This document shows positions 17,500-26,214 of a DNA stretch of 64,000 bases, piece by piece. Within the stretch, counting starts at the first letter, position 1. Every line of letters begins with the position of its first letter. A program made the position numbers and the translations under genes. The notes beneath the pieces are model-generated. The model searched no databases and was not told the DNA's origin. It saw nothing but the letters and a program-made list of their open reading frames with translations. Where the stretch lies: the IMG/VR virus record IMGVR_UViG_3300042892_005961, positions 124,001-188,000 of that record; one strand, given 5' to 3'.

Positions 17500-18051
17500 T
17501 TAAAAGTTTGTATCTAAAATGTACACACCATCAATTAGGTTGTACACTTCAACATCTTCTCTTTTAAATGATCTCCATTCTTCAGGTTCACCTGTGGTAA
17601 TCCATTTGGTTTGGAAATTTGCAACATGACATTTAGCGGGATTTGCAAATGTTTCAGGTCTAATTAAAATAACCTGAGAAAAATCCACATTAGTTCTAAT
17701 GTAAATATTTTTATCCCATCCTTGATTTTTTTCGGGATTCCAATATTTGGACTTCCTCCACCAAGGGATGTTTACGGTTTTAAAACCTAAACCGCTTTTG
17801 TTATTAAGACCCTTGTTTTCATCTGAGAAAAAATCACCAGTCCAATTTTTGGAATGTTCGATTTCTATTCCCCAAATAGGGTCTTCTTTGTACAATAAAT
17901 CAATACCGTACTTATTTGGATTTGCAATCATTTCAAGTTCTAATGTTTCCATTGAGAATTTAATTATTGCATTTCTTGATGAGGAATCATCGAAACCTCC
18001 CGTGTTGTAGACTCTTGGTCTACCTGTAGCCATTGTTGACATAAGATTCAT
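17500..18051 (-). CDS. hypothetical protein, possible PD-(D/E)XK-fold nuclease
   Basis: NPNKYGIDLL...GIEIEHSKNW. Confidence 0.45.
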   Translation of the reverse strand: MNLMSTMATGRPRVYNTGGFDDSSSRNAIIKFSMETLELEMIANPNKYGIDLLYKEDPIWGIEIEHSKNWTGDFFSDENKGLNNKSGLGFKTVNIPWWRKSKYWNPEKNQGWDKNIYIRTNVDFSQVILIRPETFANPAKCHVANFQTKWITTGEPEEWRSFKREDVEVYNLIDGVYILDTNF

Positions 18052-18138
18052 TTTTTTATATCATTTATTTATCATTTCTGATTATAATAAAGTATAAATA
18101 AATTATCTCGTAAAAAAAAGTAAGTTGCCGGAAATGTT

Positions 18139-18672
18139 TTATTCATCATACAGTGATCCTAAGTCACTATTTTTAAGGTATCTACCTTTACCTAAACCAC
18201 TTAAAGATTTGGTTATTTTATCTAAATCAGATTTTAATTTTTCATTCTCCTTCATCAACTTTTCTATCTCTTCGTTGTTGGTTATCTCTTTAATAACTTC
18301 CACAATTTTTTCAACAGGAACCTCTTTAATGACTTCCTTTGTAACGGTCTTAGTCTTACCCTTCTTTTCAACTACAACCTCTTTAATGACCTCTATTGGT
18401 ACCTCTATTCTTACTTCCTTAATTACCTCTTTAATAACTTCAATAGGTACCTCTACAATTTTTTCAACTTCAACAATCACTTCCTTTATTACCTCTTTTG
18501 TGACTTCGACTATTTCTTTAGTTCTATTACCATTTGGTGTCTCACCATACTTTAACAAAGAAAACCCTCTATTGAAGGTTTCTTGTGCTAACTTATCTAC
18601 ATTATCTATTTTATTTAATTCACAATATTGAATAAACTCATTATCCAAGATTAACGTGCTCTTCGGTTTCAT
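18139..18672 (-). CDS. V/I/K/E repeat protein (EKIVEVP / VIKEV repeats)
   Basis: Central ~80 aa of KEVIKEV/EKIVEVP repeats, C-terminal coiled coil. Confidence 0.75.
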   Translation of the reverse strand: MKPKSTLILDNEFIQYCELNKIDNVDKLAQETFNRGFSLLKYGETPNGNRTKEIVEVTKEVIKEVIVEVEKIVEVPIEVIKEVIKEVRIEVPIEVIKEVVVEKKGKTKTVTKEVIKEVPVEKIVEVIKEITNNEEIEKLMKENEKLKSDLDKITKSLSGLGKGRYLKNSDLGSLYDE

Positions 18673-19465
18673 TTTCTATGTCTTTGATATCGTTTATTCT
18701 AAAGTGTAGGAACGGTTGTGCATTTTCTAAATCGTGAAATTCATATTCATTAGATTCTACATCGTATACTCCATACCCATGATGTTTAACTGTCTCTCCA
18801 AAATTTTGTTGTATAAGACTACCAACCATTATTGCATGACCTCCATTTGGTAATGTGAACTGTTGTCTCTTGTGAATATCACCACATAACAATAAATCTA
18901 AATCAACAAAGTTTAATTGATCATACGCATCTTCAAACTCATAACCTAAGTCTGTCGATAACCCCATAATCGGTCCATGGAACAGTCCAACCGTTAATAA
19001 ACCTTCTTGTTTTGTAAATTCAGGTCTTACGTTGTGTTGATATAATGAATAAACAACCCATTGAACGCTACCATCGGTATCAACATAATCACCACTATCT
19101 TTTAGGTATGTGATGTGTTGATTGTCTAATAATTGAACGACTGGTGTTATACTATCCATACGTTGTGTATTATTCTCCAAGAAGTCGTGATTACCTGGTA
19201 TTATTACAACCTTACCAAAACGAGTTAACTCTTTTAAAAACCAACTCGTTAATAGTAATTGTTCATTTGAAATATTAATTTTTTGATGTGCGATATCACC
19301 CGCAACAACAATTCTAATTTCGTTATGTGATATATTTTCATCTGCCCATTCTAAAAATTTTACACTTAATTCATTTAATAATATTTCGAATTGTTCTCTA
19401 TACAAATCATGCATTTGAATTGTACGAATATGTAAATCAGCAATATGAATTATCTTTTTGACCAT
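18641..19465 (-). CDS. sbcD: Mre11/SbcD (gp47-like) metallophosphoesterase nuclease domain
   Basis: HIADLHI, VAGDI, IPGNHD, FHG, CGDIH. Confidence 0.9.
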   Translation of the reverse strand: MVKKIIHIADLHIRTIQMHDLYREQFEILLNELSVKFLEWADENISHNEIRIVVAGDIAHQKINISNEQLLLTSWFLKELTRFGKVVIIPGNHDFLENNTQRMDSITPVVQLLDNQHITYLKDSGDYVDTDGSVQWVVYSLYQHNVRPEFTKQEGLLTVGLFHGPIMGLSTDLGYEFEDAYDQLNFVDLDLLLCGDIHKRQQFTLPNGGHAIMVGSLIQQNFGETVKHHGYGVYDVESNEYEFHDLENAQPFLHFRINDIKDIENETEEHVNLG

Positions 19466-20319
19466 CTTGAAATATATTTTGATAAATCCATTTGTAGGAT
19501 TGCGTTGTTAATTTGATGTGGAACTTTATATTCAACAAATGTTGCGTCGTCTTTTAATAATACAACTACATTACCTAATAATTTAGTATCGTTATATTTT
19601 GTTCCTTCCAACATCTTACGCAACAATCGACCATATAATGGTAATTGTAAATAATAATGACCTAAAGCATTATCATGATAATTGTTAAATGGTGGATATA
19701 ATCTACCCGTGTAATGATGAACTTCAAAGTTCTTTGGTTGGTTTGTTTTCCAATCTGTAATAACAAATCCAAATCCATCCTTCTCTTTGTTTTGCATCAA
19801 CCATACTTTATCTGGTTGTCCTGTATATTGTTCTGTTGGGTCTCCTAATACGATTTCAGTATCTAACAACACGCCACCACGTTCTAACATTAAATCAAGA
19901 AATTGTTTTCCTGCAATAATCATGTTATCACTCTTACGTTGTTGTTCTTCATTAATTTCAAATATTGGTTGTCTAACTTCTTTGTAGTTATCGAAACGAC
20001 CAATTAATTCAGATTCTAATTCAAAGTGAACACGACTACCCATATTAGTTGATAGGTCACCGGCTTGTTTCCATTCGGCAAGTAATTGTGCTTGACCTTC
20101 AGGATCTCCTTTAGACATCTTAAGTGCCATACCATCAGCATCAAATGGTTTATGAAATTTCTTTACAATTTTTGATACTGATGGAAAGTTCTTTTTAATT
20201 TCACCATCAACATCTTTCATATAGTAGATATGTTCTTCTTCTATAAATGTTAATTCTAATTCTTGTCTTCTTTTTTCTAATAAGTCATTTATCTCTAATG
20301 AGATGTCTTTTAAATTCAT
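19450..20319 (-). CDS. PD-(D/E)XK exonuclease (lambda-exo/Cas4-like superfamily)
   Basis: PSVS, GSRVHFELE, GQPDKV, ITDWKT, YYLQLPLY. Confidence 0.8.
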   Translation of the reverse strand: MNLKDISLEINDLLEKRRQELELTFIEEEHIYYMKDVDGEIKKNFPSVSKIVKKFHKPFDADGMALKMSKGDPEGQAQLLAEWKQAGDLSTNMGSRVHFELESELIGRFDNYKEVRQPIFEINEEQQRKSDNMIIAGKQFLDLMLERGGVLLDTEIVLGDPTEQYTGQPDKVWLMQNKEKDGFGFVITDWKTNQPKNFEVHHYTGRLYPPFNNYHDNALGHYYLQLPLYGRLLRKMLEGTKYNDTKLLGNVVVLLKDDATFVEYKVPHQINNAILQMDLSKYISRWSKR

Positions 20320-20320
20320 T

Positions 20321-21262
20321 CTAATCTATTTGTTTCATTTTATATTCACTTAAGTTCCCTTGTAAATCGGCAATATCTTTATCCCCTTCTAATTTAATAC
20401 TCCACACTTTCCCCATTAGTTTTCCACAATTCAATCTATGGTATAATCTTTCTTGATCATTATACGCATCGGGATCTAGTACTATAACTATTTTTTTTGC
20501 ATTATTGTAGAGTTTCATAAATAAATGTTCACTAATAAACTTTCCTAACATTGGAATTGCATTAGGAATAAAAATACTATCGAAAGCACCTTCCACAATG
20601 TATATTGGTTCGTCCCAATTAATTAAATGTTCATTGAAAATAATTGTTTCCTTTTGTGCTTCAGGATTCATGTATTTTCTTTTTGTCTTCTGTAAATAAG
20701 AACGAGCAATAAAATAGTTTAATCTTTTATTTTCATCATAAGATGGAATGATAATCCTACTTTCATATGGGCCACTATAACAAAATCCAATATTGTATAT
20801 TTGCAACATCAAATCTGTTATGTGTCTATTCTTAATGTAGTTGTAAGCCTGCTTGTATTGTGGGGTCATCTTAAGTCCCATACTAGCATCTTTGAATGGA
20901 ACAAATTCTTTTGGTAATTTTACAGGTTTATATGTTCTTGCGGCAATTTCCTCATCATCTTCAGGTTTTAATAAAAGATATTTCTTTAATTGTTTTGGAT
21001 TACCAAACTTCTTAATTAACTTATAGATTGATCCGTGTGTACTATGTGTCTCAGCACATACCCAACATTTATAAACACCGTATTTGTAATTGATTTCAAG
21101 GTTTCCTTTACCGTCTCCTTTATCTAAACCTTTAATTTCGTGTGAACACACAGGGCAGTCAAAGGATACCTGATATCTATAATCATTATGATTCTTATAG
21201 TCACCAAATATATCTTCTAAAATATCAAATACGGCAGAATAGTCTACTTCTTGGGTGTTCAT
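20321..21262 (-). CDS. dnaG: DNA primase (zinc finger plus TOPRIM)
   Basis: CPVC...CWVC zinc finger, IVEGAFD, LDPDA; start placed at MNTQEV (21262). Confidence 0.85.
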   Translation of the reverse strand: MNTQEVDYSAVFDILEDIFGDYKNHNDYRYQVSFDCPVCSHEIKGLDKGDGKGNLEINYKYGVYKCWVCAETHSTHGSIYKLIKKFGNPKQLKKYLLLKPEDDEEIAARTYKPVKLPKEFVPFKDASMGLKMTPQYKQAYNYIKNRHITDLMLQIYNIGFCYSGPYESRIIIPSYDENKRLNYFIARSYLQKTKRKYMNPEAQKETIIFNEHLINWDEPIYIVEGAFDSIFIPNAIPMLGKFISEHLFMKLYNNAKKIVIVLDPDAYNDQERLYHRLNCGKLMGKVWSIKLEGDKDIADLQGNLSEYKMKQID

Positions 21263-21289
21263 GATTATAATATAATAAAAAAGTATGAT

Positions 21290-21325
21290 AAAAAAAAATG
21301 GGAGCCGGACACCACGCCGACTCCC
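21290..21325 (-). terminator. intrinsic terminator
   Basis: 9-bp GC stem (one G-U pair, so minus-strand specific) followed by A and U9. Confidence 0.75.
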
Positions 21326-21360
21326 TCCAACCAAACTTGTATTTCTACAAGTCCCGTCCT
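21290..21360 (-). ncRNA. candidate small structured RNA (GAAA-tetraloop hairpin plus terminator hairpin)
   Basis: GC-rich island; ACUUGUA-GAAA-UACAAGU stem, GGGAGUCGG/CCGGCUCCC stem followed by a U-run; TATTTATA immediately upstream. Confidence 0.45.
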
Positions 21361-21362
21361 AA

Positions 21363-21370
21363 TATAAATA
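21363..21370 (-). promoter_or_regulatory. candidate late promoter TATTTATA
   Basis: Not followed by a plausible start codon; precedes the structured RNA. Confidence 0.45.
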
Positions 21371-21414
21371 TATCTTTTACAGCTCGTAAAGTAAAACTTT
21401 AGTTGCCGAATATT

Positions 21415-22023
21415 TTAAGATGTTTGTTTGTTCATGTTAACATAACCAATAACGCAACATGCAGCATCAGCCATGTCATAATTTTCTTTTTTAAGATTAC
21501 CCGTTTTACCGTATAACCAATTGATATCGGGACATACATTATTAACGTGTTCCCAAATAACGTGTTTCTTATCAATATCTCTTGGGTATCCACCAAATAA
21601 AACATTACGTCCTTTATCATTTGGACCAACCAAATCAGGGAATGCAAATTTTCTTGAGTTATACGTTGAAATGAATGTTGGTAATACTCCTAATACATCG
21701 TAACAGTTCTTAAGTATCAATGTGTTATAACGTAATAATGTTCCTATAGTATAAATGTTATTTGACTGCAACAATGGTTCTTCAATAATAACACGAAGAA
21801 TTCCCATGTCTTTATAACTTTCCAAATGTTTTTTAAATGCGTCGGCCTTTTTAATTAATTCCTCAATCTTATCTTCTGGTTGTGGTTTAATTTTTGGTGA
21901 AAAATGTGTTAGTTCTAATAATTTAGAACCCGTCATATCAAATAAAGCAAATCCGATCGTCTTTGTGGAAATATCAAGACCGAGAATCTTTGGTTTGTTT
22001 TTGAAATTAATATCTATACTCAT
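21415..22023 (-). CDS. ruvC: RuvC-like Holliday junction resolvase
   Basis: ILGLDISTKTIGFA, VIIEE, DMADA. Confidence 0.8.
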   Translation of the reverse strand: MSIDINFKNKPKILGLDISTKTIGFALFDMTGSKLLELTHFSPKIKPQPEDKIEELIKKADAFKKHLESYKDMGILRVIIEEPLLQSNNIYTIGTLLRYNTLILKNCYDVLGVLPTFISTYNSRKFAFPDLVGPNDKGRNVLFGGYPRDIDKKHVIWEHVNNVCPDINWLYGKTGNLKKENYDMADAACCVIGYVNMNKQTS

Positions 22024-22062
22024 AGAGTAAAAATTAAATCAAAATAGTTGAATAGTAAAGTG

Positions 22063-24186
22063 TTAGAAGTCTAATTTTATTGCAAAAACCTGTGTTCCTG
22101 TTCTTTTAATTGGTGTAGATGTTTTAGCAATCACTAACGGTTCTTTTAATGAATCTAATAATGCGACTTCGGTAATATATTTATCGGTTGTAATTTCAGT
22201 TTGTGTTGTTCCCGTAAACCTTGTTGGGTTTTGTGATGTTAAGAATTGCGTAGATGGTAAGTTTATTAACATATTCATTTCTTCAATATCGGTTGCCCTA
22301 ACTAATCTAACACTACCAGGGAATGGTTGTTCGTCACCAAATTGTGGTTGTGTTGTTGATCCTGTTGTGTTCCACAAATAATCAGTTGTTACACCTGACA
22401 TATGGTCTTCTAAATCAAATGACGTTCCACCAGTGTAATCACTTTTTGTAATTGTAAACGTATAGTTAACCAAATTTATTGGGTCAATATATCCACTAGT
22501 ATATCCTGATATCTTTGATGTTATATCAATTTTTATCCATCCGTTTGGTGTTGGTGTTGTCCCTGTTTGTACTAATGCATAAAATTTGTCAGCAATAAAA
22601 CCATCTTTAATACCGCTTGGGGTAGTGTACATATTTGGAAATGCTCCTGTATTAAATTTAAATGTTAATTGTGAAGGGGTTCCGTTCCCTGTTATTTTAT
22701 TAAAATAATTGCATGGTAATGCATTTAATGTAGATCCACTAGTACTTGTATCTCCAAACATATATGTAAACCAAACAGTATCTCCTGTGGTTGGTAGTAA
22801 GGAATTAATCGCTGTTCCGTCACTTGGTACCGATCCCAATTTAGGTGACGGTAACGTATACCGTCTATTAGATCTATAATCTAACATTGCAACCAACTCT
22901 TGATCGTCGAATACAACTATTTTGTTATTAATAAAAACTTTACCTACTTTATTAGTTTGTTCATCTAACAAATATCTAAATTTTAATTCAAATCTAGAAC
23001 CTGTTGTTCCTGAAAATGGTTTAATGTAATAATCAACAGTATCCATTGTAAATTTTGCACCAAACGTATCGGTTGTATTTCTATGATAATGAATAAATGG
23101 GATATAAATTTCAAAATATTCTGTATCGCTAATTTCATCTCCGTCTTCATTTGTTACTATACTAATATCACAAGCATTTACACCCGATGGTGTACAATGA
23201 CTAATATAATCATCATATTTAAAAAATCTTTCAGGATCATTTGTAACATCTCCAAGTTCAGAATAATGTATAATTGCAATACACCTTTGTTCTGACGGTA
23301 AAACTTCAACTAATTCATCGAATGAATTTTTAAATGTAGTTCCTGTTATAGTTGTTCCTACAAAATTTGTAAATGTTTGTCCTGATTTTGTATATCCTAA
23401 TAATTGTTTTGTTGAAACATATTGATTACTATTATAACCACTTAAACTTTCATCTAAATCATTTGTTGGGTAATCTGCCCCGATTGGTTTGTCCGACCAT
23501 ACTGTATTTAATCTCCATGAATTAAGTTGTTGTGTATAATCAATTGGGTTAAATATGTCAGTTGTTGGTGATTCGTCGAAATATTCATTTAATACTACTT
23601 GTACATTACCTGTTAGTCCTGTTAAATTAGGGAGTTTACGATCTAGTGTTAATGTATTATCTGTTTTTGATACTACCTTATAGATCATACTATTTGTTTG
23701 TCCCGTAATTGTTGTACTTGAAAAACCATCTAAAACTACTGTTATAAAATCATTTGGTTTAAAATTCGTACCATCCACCACAACGAGACTTGTTGTTCCA
23801 CTTAGTTTACTATATGTTAATGGTTGTGGTGTTGTTTTTACTGTTGGTGCGGTTGAATACATAGATACAAATCCAGCACTACCCATTTCATTTCTTAAAG
23901 TTGTAGTTGAACTATTACTAATTGGTGTTCCGTATGTTGTTGAAGTTAAGACATCGCTACCTAAAGAATATGGATATTTTACCCCTGATTCGTTATCAAA
24001 TGGGGAAAATACTTTTTGTTGTCCTGTTGTTCCTGTTAAACCACTAAAAATTGTATTATAATCATATTCAGAATCTCCAATTTGAAAGAATTCAATATTG
24101 AAACTACCTTTGGCAATTGCCTTTCTACCCTCATTTGTTATTCGGGCTGTTAAATATTCTGCGTGATTACTGTTTAAAAAACTCAT
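22063..24186 (-). CDS. tail fibre/baseplate attachment protein (tail-collar-like termini)
   Basis: N-terminal ARITNEGRKAIAKG..FFQIGDSE and C-terminal ITEVALLD...IAKTSTPIKR bracket a large T/G/S-rich insert. Confidence 0.6.
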   Translation of the reverse strand: MSFLNSNHAEYLTARITNEGRKAIAKGSFNIEFFQIGDSEYDYNTIFSGLTGTTGQQKVFSPFDNESGVKYPYSLGSDVLTSTTYGTPISNSSTTTLRNEMGSAGFVSMYSTAPTVKTTPQPLTYSKLSGTTSLVVVDGTNFKPNDFITVVLDGFSSTTITGQTNSMIYKVVSKTDNTLTLDRKLPNLTGLTGNVQVVLNEYFDESPTTDIFNPIDYTQQLNSWRLNTVWSDKPIGADYPTNDLDESLSGYNSNQYVSTKQLLGYTKSGQTFTNFVGTTITGTTFKNSFDELVEVLPSEQRCIAIIHYSELGDVTNDPERFFKYDDYISHCTPSGVNACDISIVTNEDGDEISDTEYFEIYIPFIHYHRNTTDTFGAKFTMDTVDYYIKPFSGTTGSRFELKFRYLLDEQTNKVGKVFINNKIVVFDDQELVAMLDYRSNRRYTLPSPKLGSVPSDGTAINSLLPTTGDTVWFTYMFGDTSTSGSTLNALPCNYFNKITGNGTPSQLTFKFNTGAFPNMYTTPSGIKDGFIADKFYALVQTGTTPTPNGWIKIDITSKISGYTSGYIDPINLVNYTFTITKSDYTGGTSFDLEDHMSGVTTDYLWNTTGSTTQPQFGDEQPFPGSVRLVRATDIEEMNMLINLPSTQFLTSQNPTRFTGTTQTEITTDKYITEVALLDSLKEPLVIAKTSTPIKRTGTQVFAIKLDF

Positions 24187-24190
24187 ATGT

Positions 24191-24198
24191 TATAAATA
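24191..24198 (-). promoter_or_regulatory. candidate late promoter TATTTATA
   Basis: 4 nt upstream of ATG 24186. Confidence 0.5.
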
Positions 24199-24211
24199 TC
24201 TTTATTTTATT

Positions 24212-25522
24212 TTAATCACAAGGACAAGTTACGTTTGTAAATGATGAGAAGTATATTGCTGATGGATAGTTTGTTGCCATATAAGCACTATCTTTATTCG
24301 TGTCTATTCTTGAACAACATTCACTATTTATCGTCACAAAACTTAAATTACCCGCACTATAATCTACATAATATATTGCTGTTAAATCACATCTCTCATA
24401 CACATCATATGTTTGCGGTGTAGGAGTTGGTGGTAAAGGGGTTGAAGTTGGTGGTGCTCCTGAACAAGCTGTACAAGCTGTTTGTGCTGTTCCTGTTTGT
24501 GCCGAACCATCTCTCATAAATTCTCTTTCATCAGTACCATCAGAAACCCAAAATGTAGTGTTATTAGTCATATCACCATACACGCTACCATACATTGTGG
24601 AAGATAAACCTTTTACTTTTGTTAAATTACATAAAGACGTACCTACAACCGTAATATTAACATTACTATATTCACCACCAGTACATGCTGTTGGTCCGTT
24701 AACTAAACTAACATAACCACTAAACGTAGTTTCAAATGGAGTTGGTTGTGGTGTTGCAGTTGCCGGTAAAGGAGTTGGTGTTGTAGGACAACTACAAGGC
24801 GTTGATCCATAAGATATATCCGTAATACTTGCACCAACTGCGAATAATGAACCATTTTGAATACAATCATTTATTACTTGTGGTCCAATACCAAATGTTA
24901 AATCAATTGTCTCACCGCAACAATCAATATATCTAATATCACCTCCCGTATCAACCTCAAATTGTACAGATGTTACACAATTAGGTGTTGGGGTTGGGGT
25001 TACAGTTGCCGGTAATGGGGTTACAGTTGCCGGTAATGGTGTTACAGTTGCTGGTAATGGGGTTACTGTTGCCGGTAATGGGGTTACAGTTGCTGGTAAT
25101 GGGGTTACTGTTGGTGTATTTGTGGGAGTTGCCGTTGGTACAACTGTTGGTGTGGGAGTTGGTGTGGGAGTTGGTGTGGGAGTTGGTGTAGTCGGCATTC
25201 TTATAGTTAAATTATTATAATCAACACATTCCACACATATAACAGAGTCATCATCTTTTCCATTAAAATTTGATGGTATCACTCTAATTGTTTTTATTCC
25301 CTCGGGAACAACTACATATGTACCATTTAAACTTGATCTTGGAATATTGGAATATCCAACTAAAGGAAAATATTTTGACGAGTCAGATCCTGAAAGGGAT
25401 CCTGTACATAAGGATCCAGAATTGTTGGTACAATCCTCTAAACTTCCCGTACAGGCATACAAATCAACATTTAATATTGATACTCCTAAAGTAAATCCTG
25501 TTAATCGTATTGTATATGACAT
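24212..25522 (-). CDS. modular virion decoration/adhesin-like protein: N-domain, Pro/Thr stalks, three Cys-bounded modules
   Basis: PTPT and (TVTPLPA)5 linkers; two modules homologous to those in 33676..35808. Confidence 0.65.
   Translation of the reverse strand: MSYTIRLTGFTLGVSILNVDLYACTGSLEDCTNNSGSLCTGSLSGSDSSKYFPLVGYSNIPRSSLNGTYVVVPEGIKTIRVIPSNFNGKDDDSVICVECVDYNNLTIRMPTTPTPTPTPTPTPTPTVVPTATPTNTPTVTPLPATVTPLPATVTPLPATVTPLPATVTPLPATVTPTPTPNCVTSVQFEVDTGGDIRYIDCCGETIDLTFGIGPQVINDCIQNGSLFAVGASITDISYGSTPCSCPTTPTPLPATATPQPTPFETTFSGYVSLVNGPTACTGGEYSNVNITVVGTSLCNLTKVKGLSSTMYGSVYGDMTNNTTFWVSDGTDEREFMRDGSAQTGTAQTACTACSGAPPTSTPLPPTPTPQTYDVYERCDLTAIYYVDYSAGNLSFVTINSECCSRIDTNKDSAYMATNYPSAIYFSSFTNVTCPCD
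24486..24580. repeat. 95-bp perfect direct repeat, copy 1
   Basis: Identical to 34034..34128 by eye alignment. Confidence 0.85.
24997..25101. repeat. 21-bp tandem repeat x5 (TVTPLPA)
   Basis: gggttacagttgccggtaatg units with minor variants. Confidence 0.85.
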
Positions 25523-25527
25523 ATTTC

Positions 25528-25535
25528 TATAAATA
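25528..25535 (-). promoter_or_regulatory. candidate late promoter TATTTATA
   Basis: 5 nt upstream of ATG 25522. Confidence 0.5.
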
Positions 25536-25557
25536 GTATTATATAGAATTTAAACAA

Positions 25558-25583
25558 AAAACCCCTTAAAATAAAGGGGTTTT
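25558..25583 (-). terminator. intrinsic terminator
   Basis: aaaacccctt-aaaata-aaggggtttt 10-bp stem. Confidence 0.7.
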
Positions 25584-25605
25584 AATATTGTTTTGTTTTT
25601 AAATT

Positions 25606-26172
25606 TTATGTTGAGCAAACATTAATGTCCGTTACAAATCCACTTGCTGAAATTTGTCCTGTATATGTTGCAAATCCACTGTCGGTTCTATAATAAGCGT
25701 GATATTCATCCTCTCCACCATAACCACTTGTTAAACCAGCATCAGTAAAGAATTGTTCTACATTGGCTGCATTATTTGTTGCGGCAAATACTTCAGTTAA
25801 GAGACTTTGAGGTTCTCCACCACCACCAGTAATAGCAGCACAAGCCTGTCCAATATTCGATTGTGTAACTGATGGTCCTAATTGATATGAATATGATGTT
25901 ACTACAGGTGTTGGACTCGGAGTAGGTGTTGGGGTTGCTGCTGCCGGTGTCGCCAGCCACGGGGTTGTAGTTGTACAAGTACCTGTACTTGCAATTGTTC
26001 CCCCTGTTATAGCATCATTAATACCGGTAATTGTATGACCTGCTGTTAATTGGGCTTTTGTAATACCAGAGGCTAATTCTGATACAACGTTAGCATTTGT
26101 TGTTCCTGAAATATTAAACGGACCCGCTGCAGTTCCTGAGGATTCCGATTTTAATGTAAATGTTACTGTCAT
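25606..26172 (-). CDS. small modular virion decoration protein: N-domain, PT stalk, Cys-bounded tip
   Basis: Tip YQLGPS...NVEQFFTD...EYH...VC is homologous to the C-terminus of 26215..31266. Confidence 0.65.
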   Translation of the reverse strand: MTVTFTLKSESSGTAAGPFNISGTTNANVVSELASGITKAQLTAGHTITGINDAITGGTIASTGTCTTTTPWLATPAAATPTPTPSPTPVVTSYSYQLGPSVTQSNIGQACAAITGGGGEPQSLLTEVFAATNNAANVEQFFTDAGLTSGYGGEDEYHAYYRTDSGFATYTGQISASGFVTDINVCST

Positions 26173-26188
26173 ATTATTTGTTTCTTTT

Positions 26189-26196
26189 TATAAATA
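26189..26196 (-). promoter_or_regulatory. candidate late promoter TATTTATA
   Basis: 16 nt upstream of ATG 26172. Confidence 0.5.
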
Positions 26197-26214
26197 TCTG
26201 TTTATTTTGTTTTA

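Noticed and set aside
19450-20319. Cas4-like nuclease as part of a CRISPR-Cas locus
   Set aside because: No repeat-spacer array or other cas genes; sits in a standard phage replication/recombination context
21263-21334. Longer primase start (MVGGSRRG...)
   Set aside because: Runs through the terminator hairpin and poly-T; ATG at 21262 is more plausible
21290-21360. tRNA
   Set aside because: Only two hairpins; no cloverleaf, T-loop or CCA end
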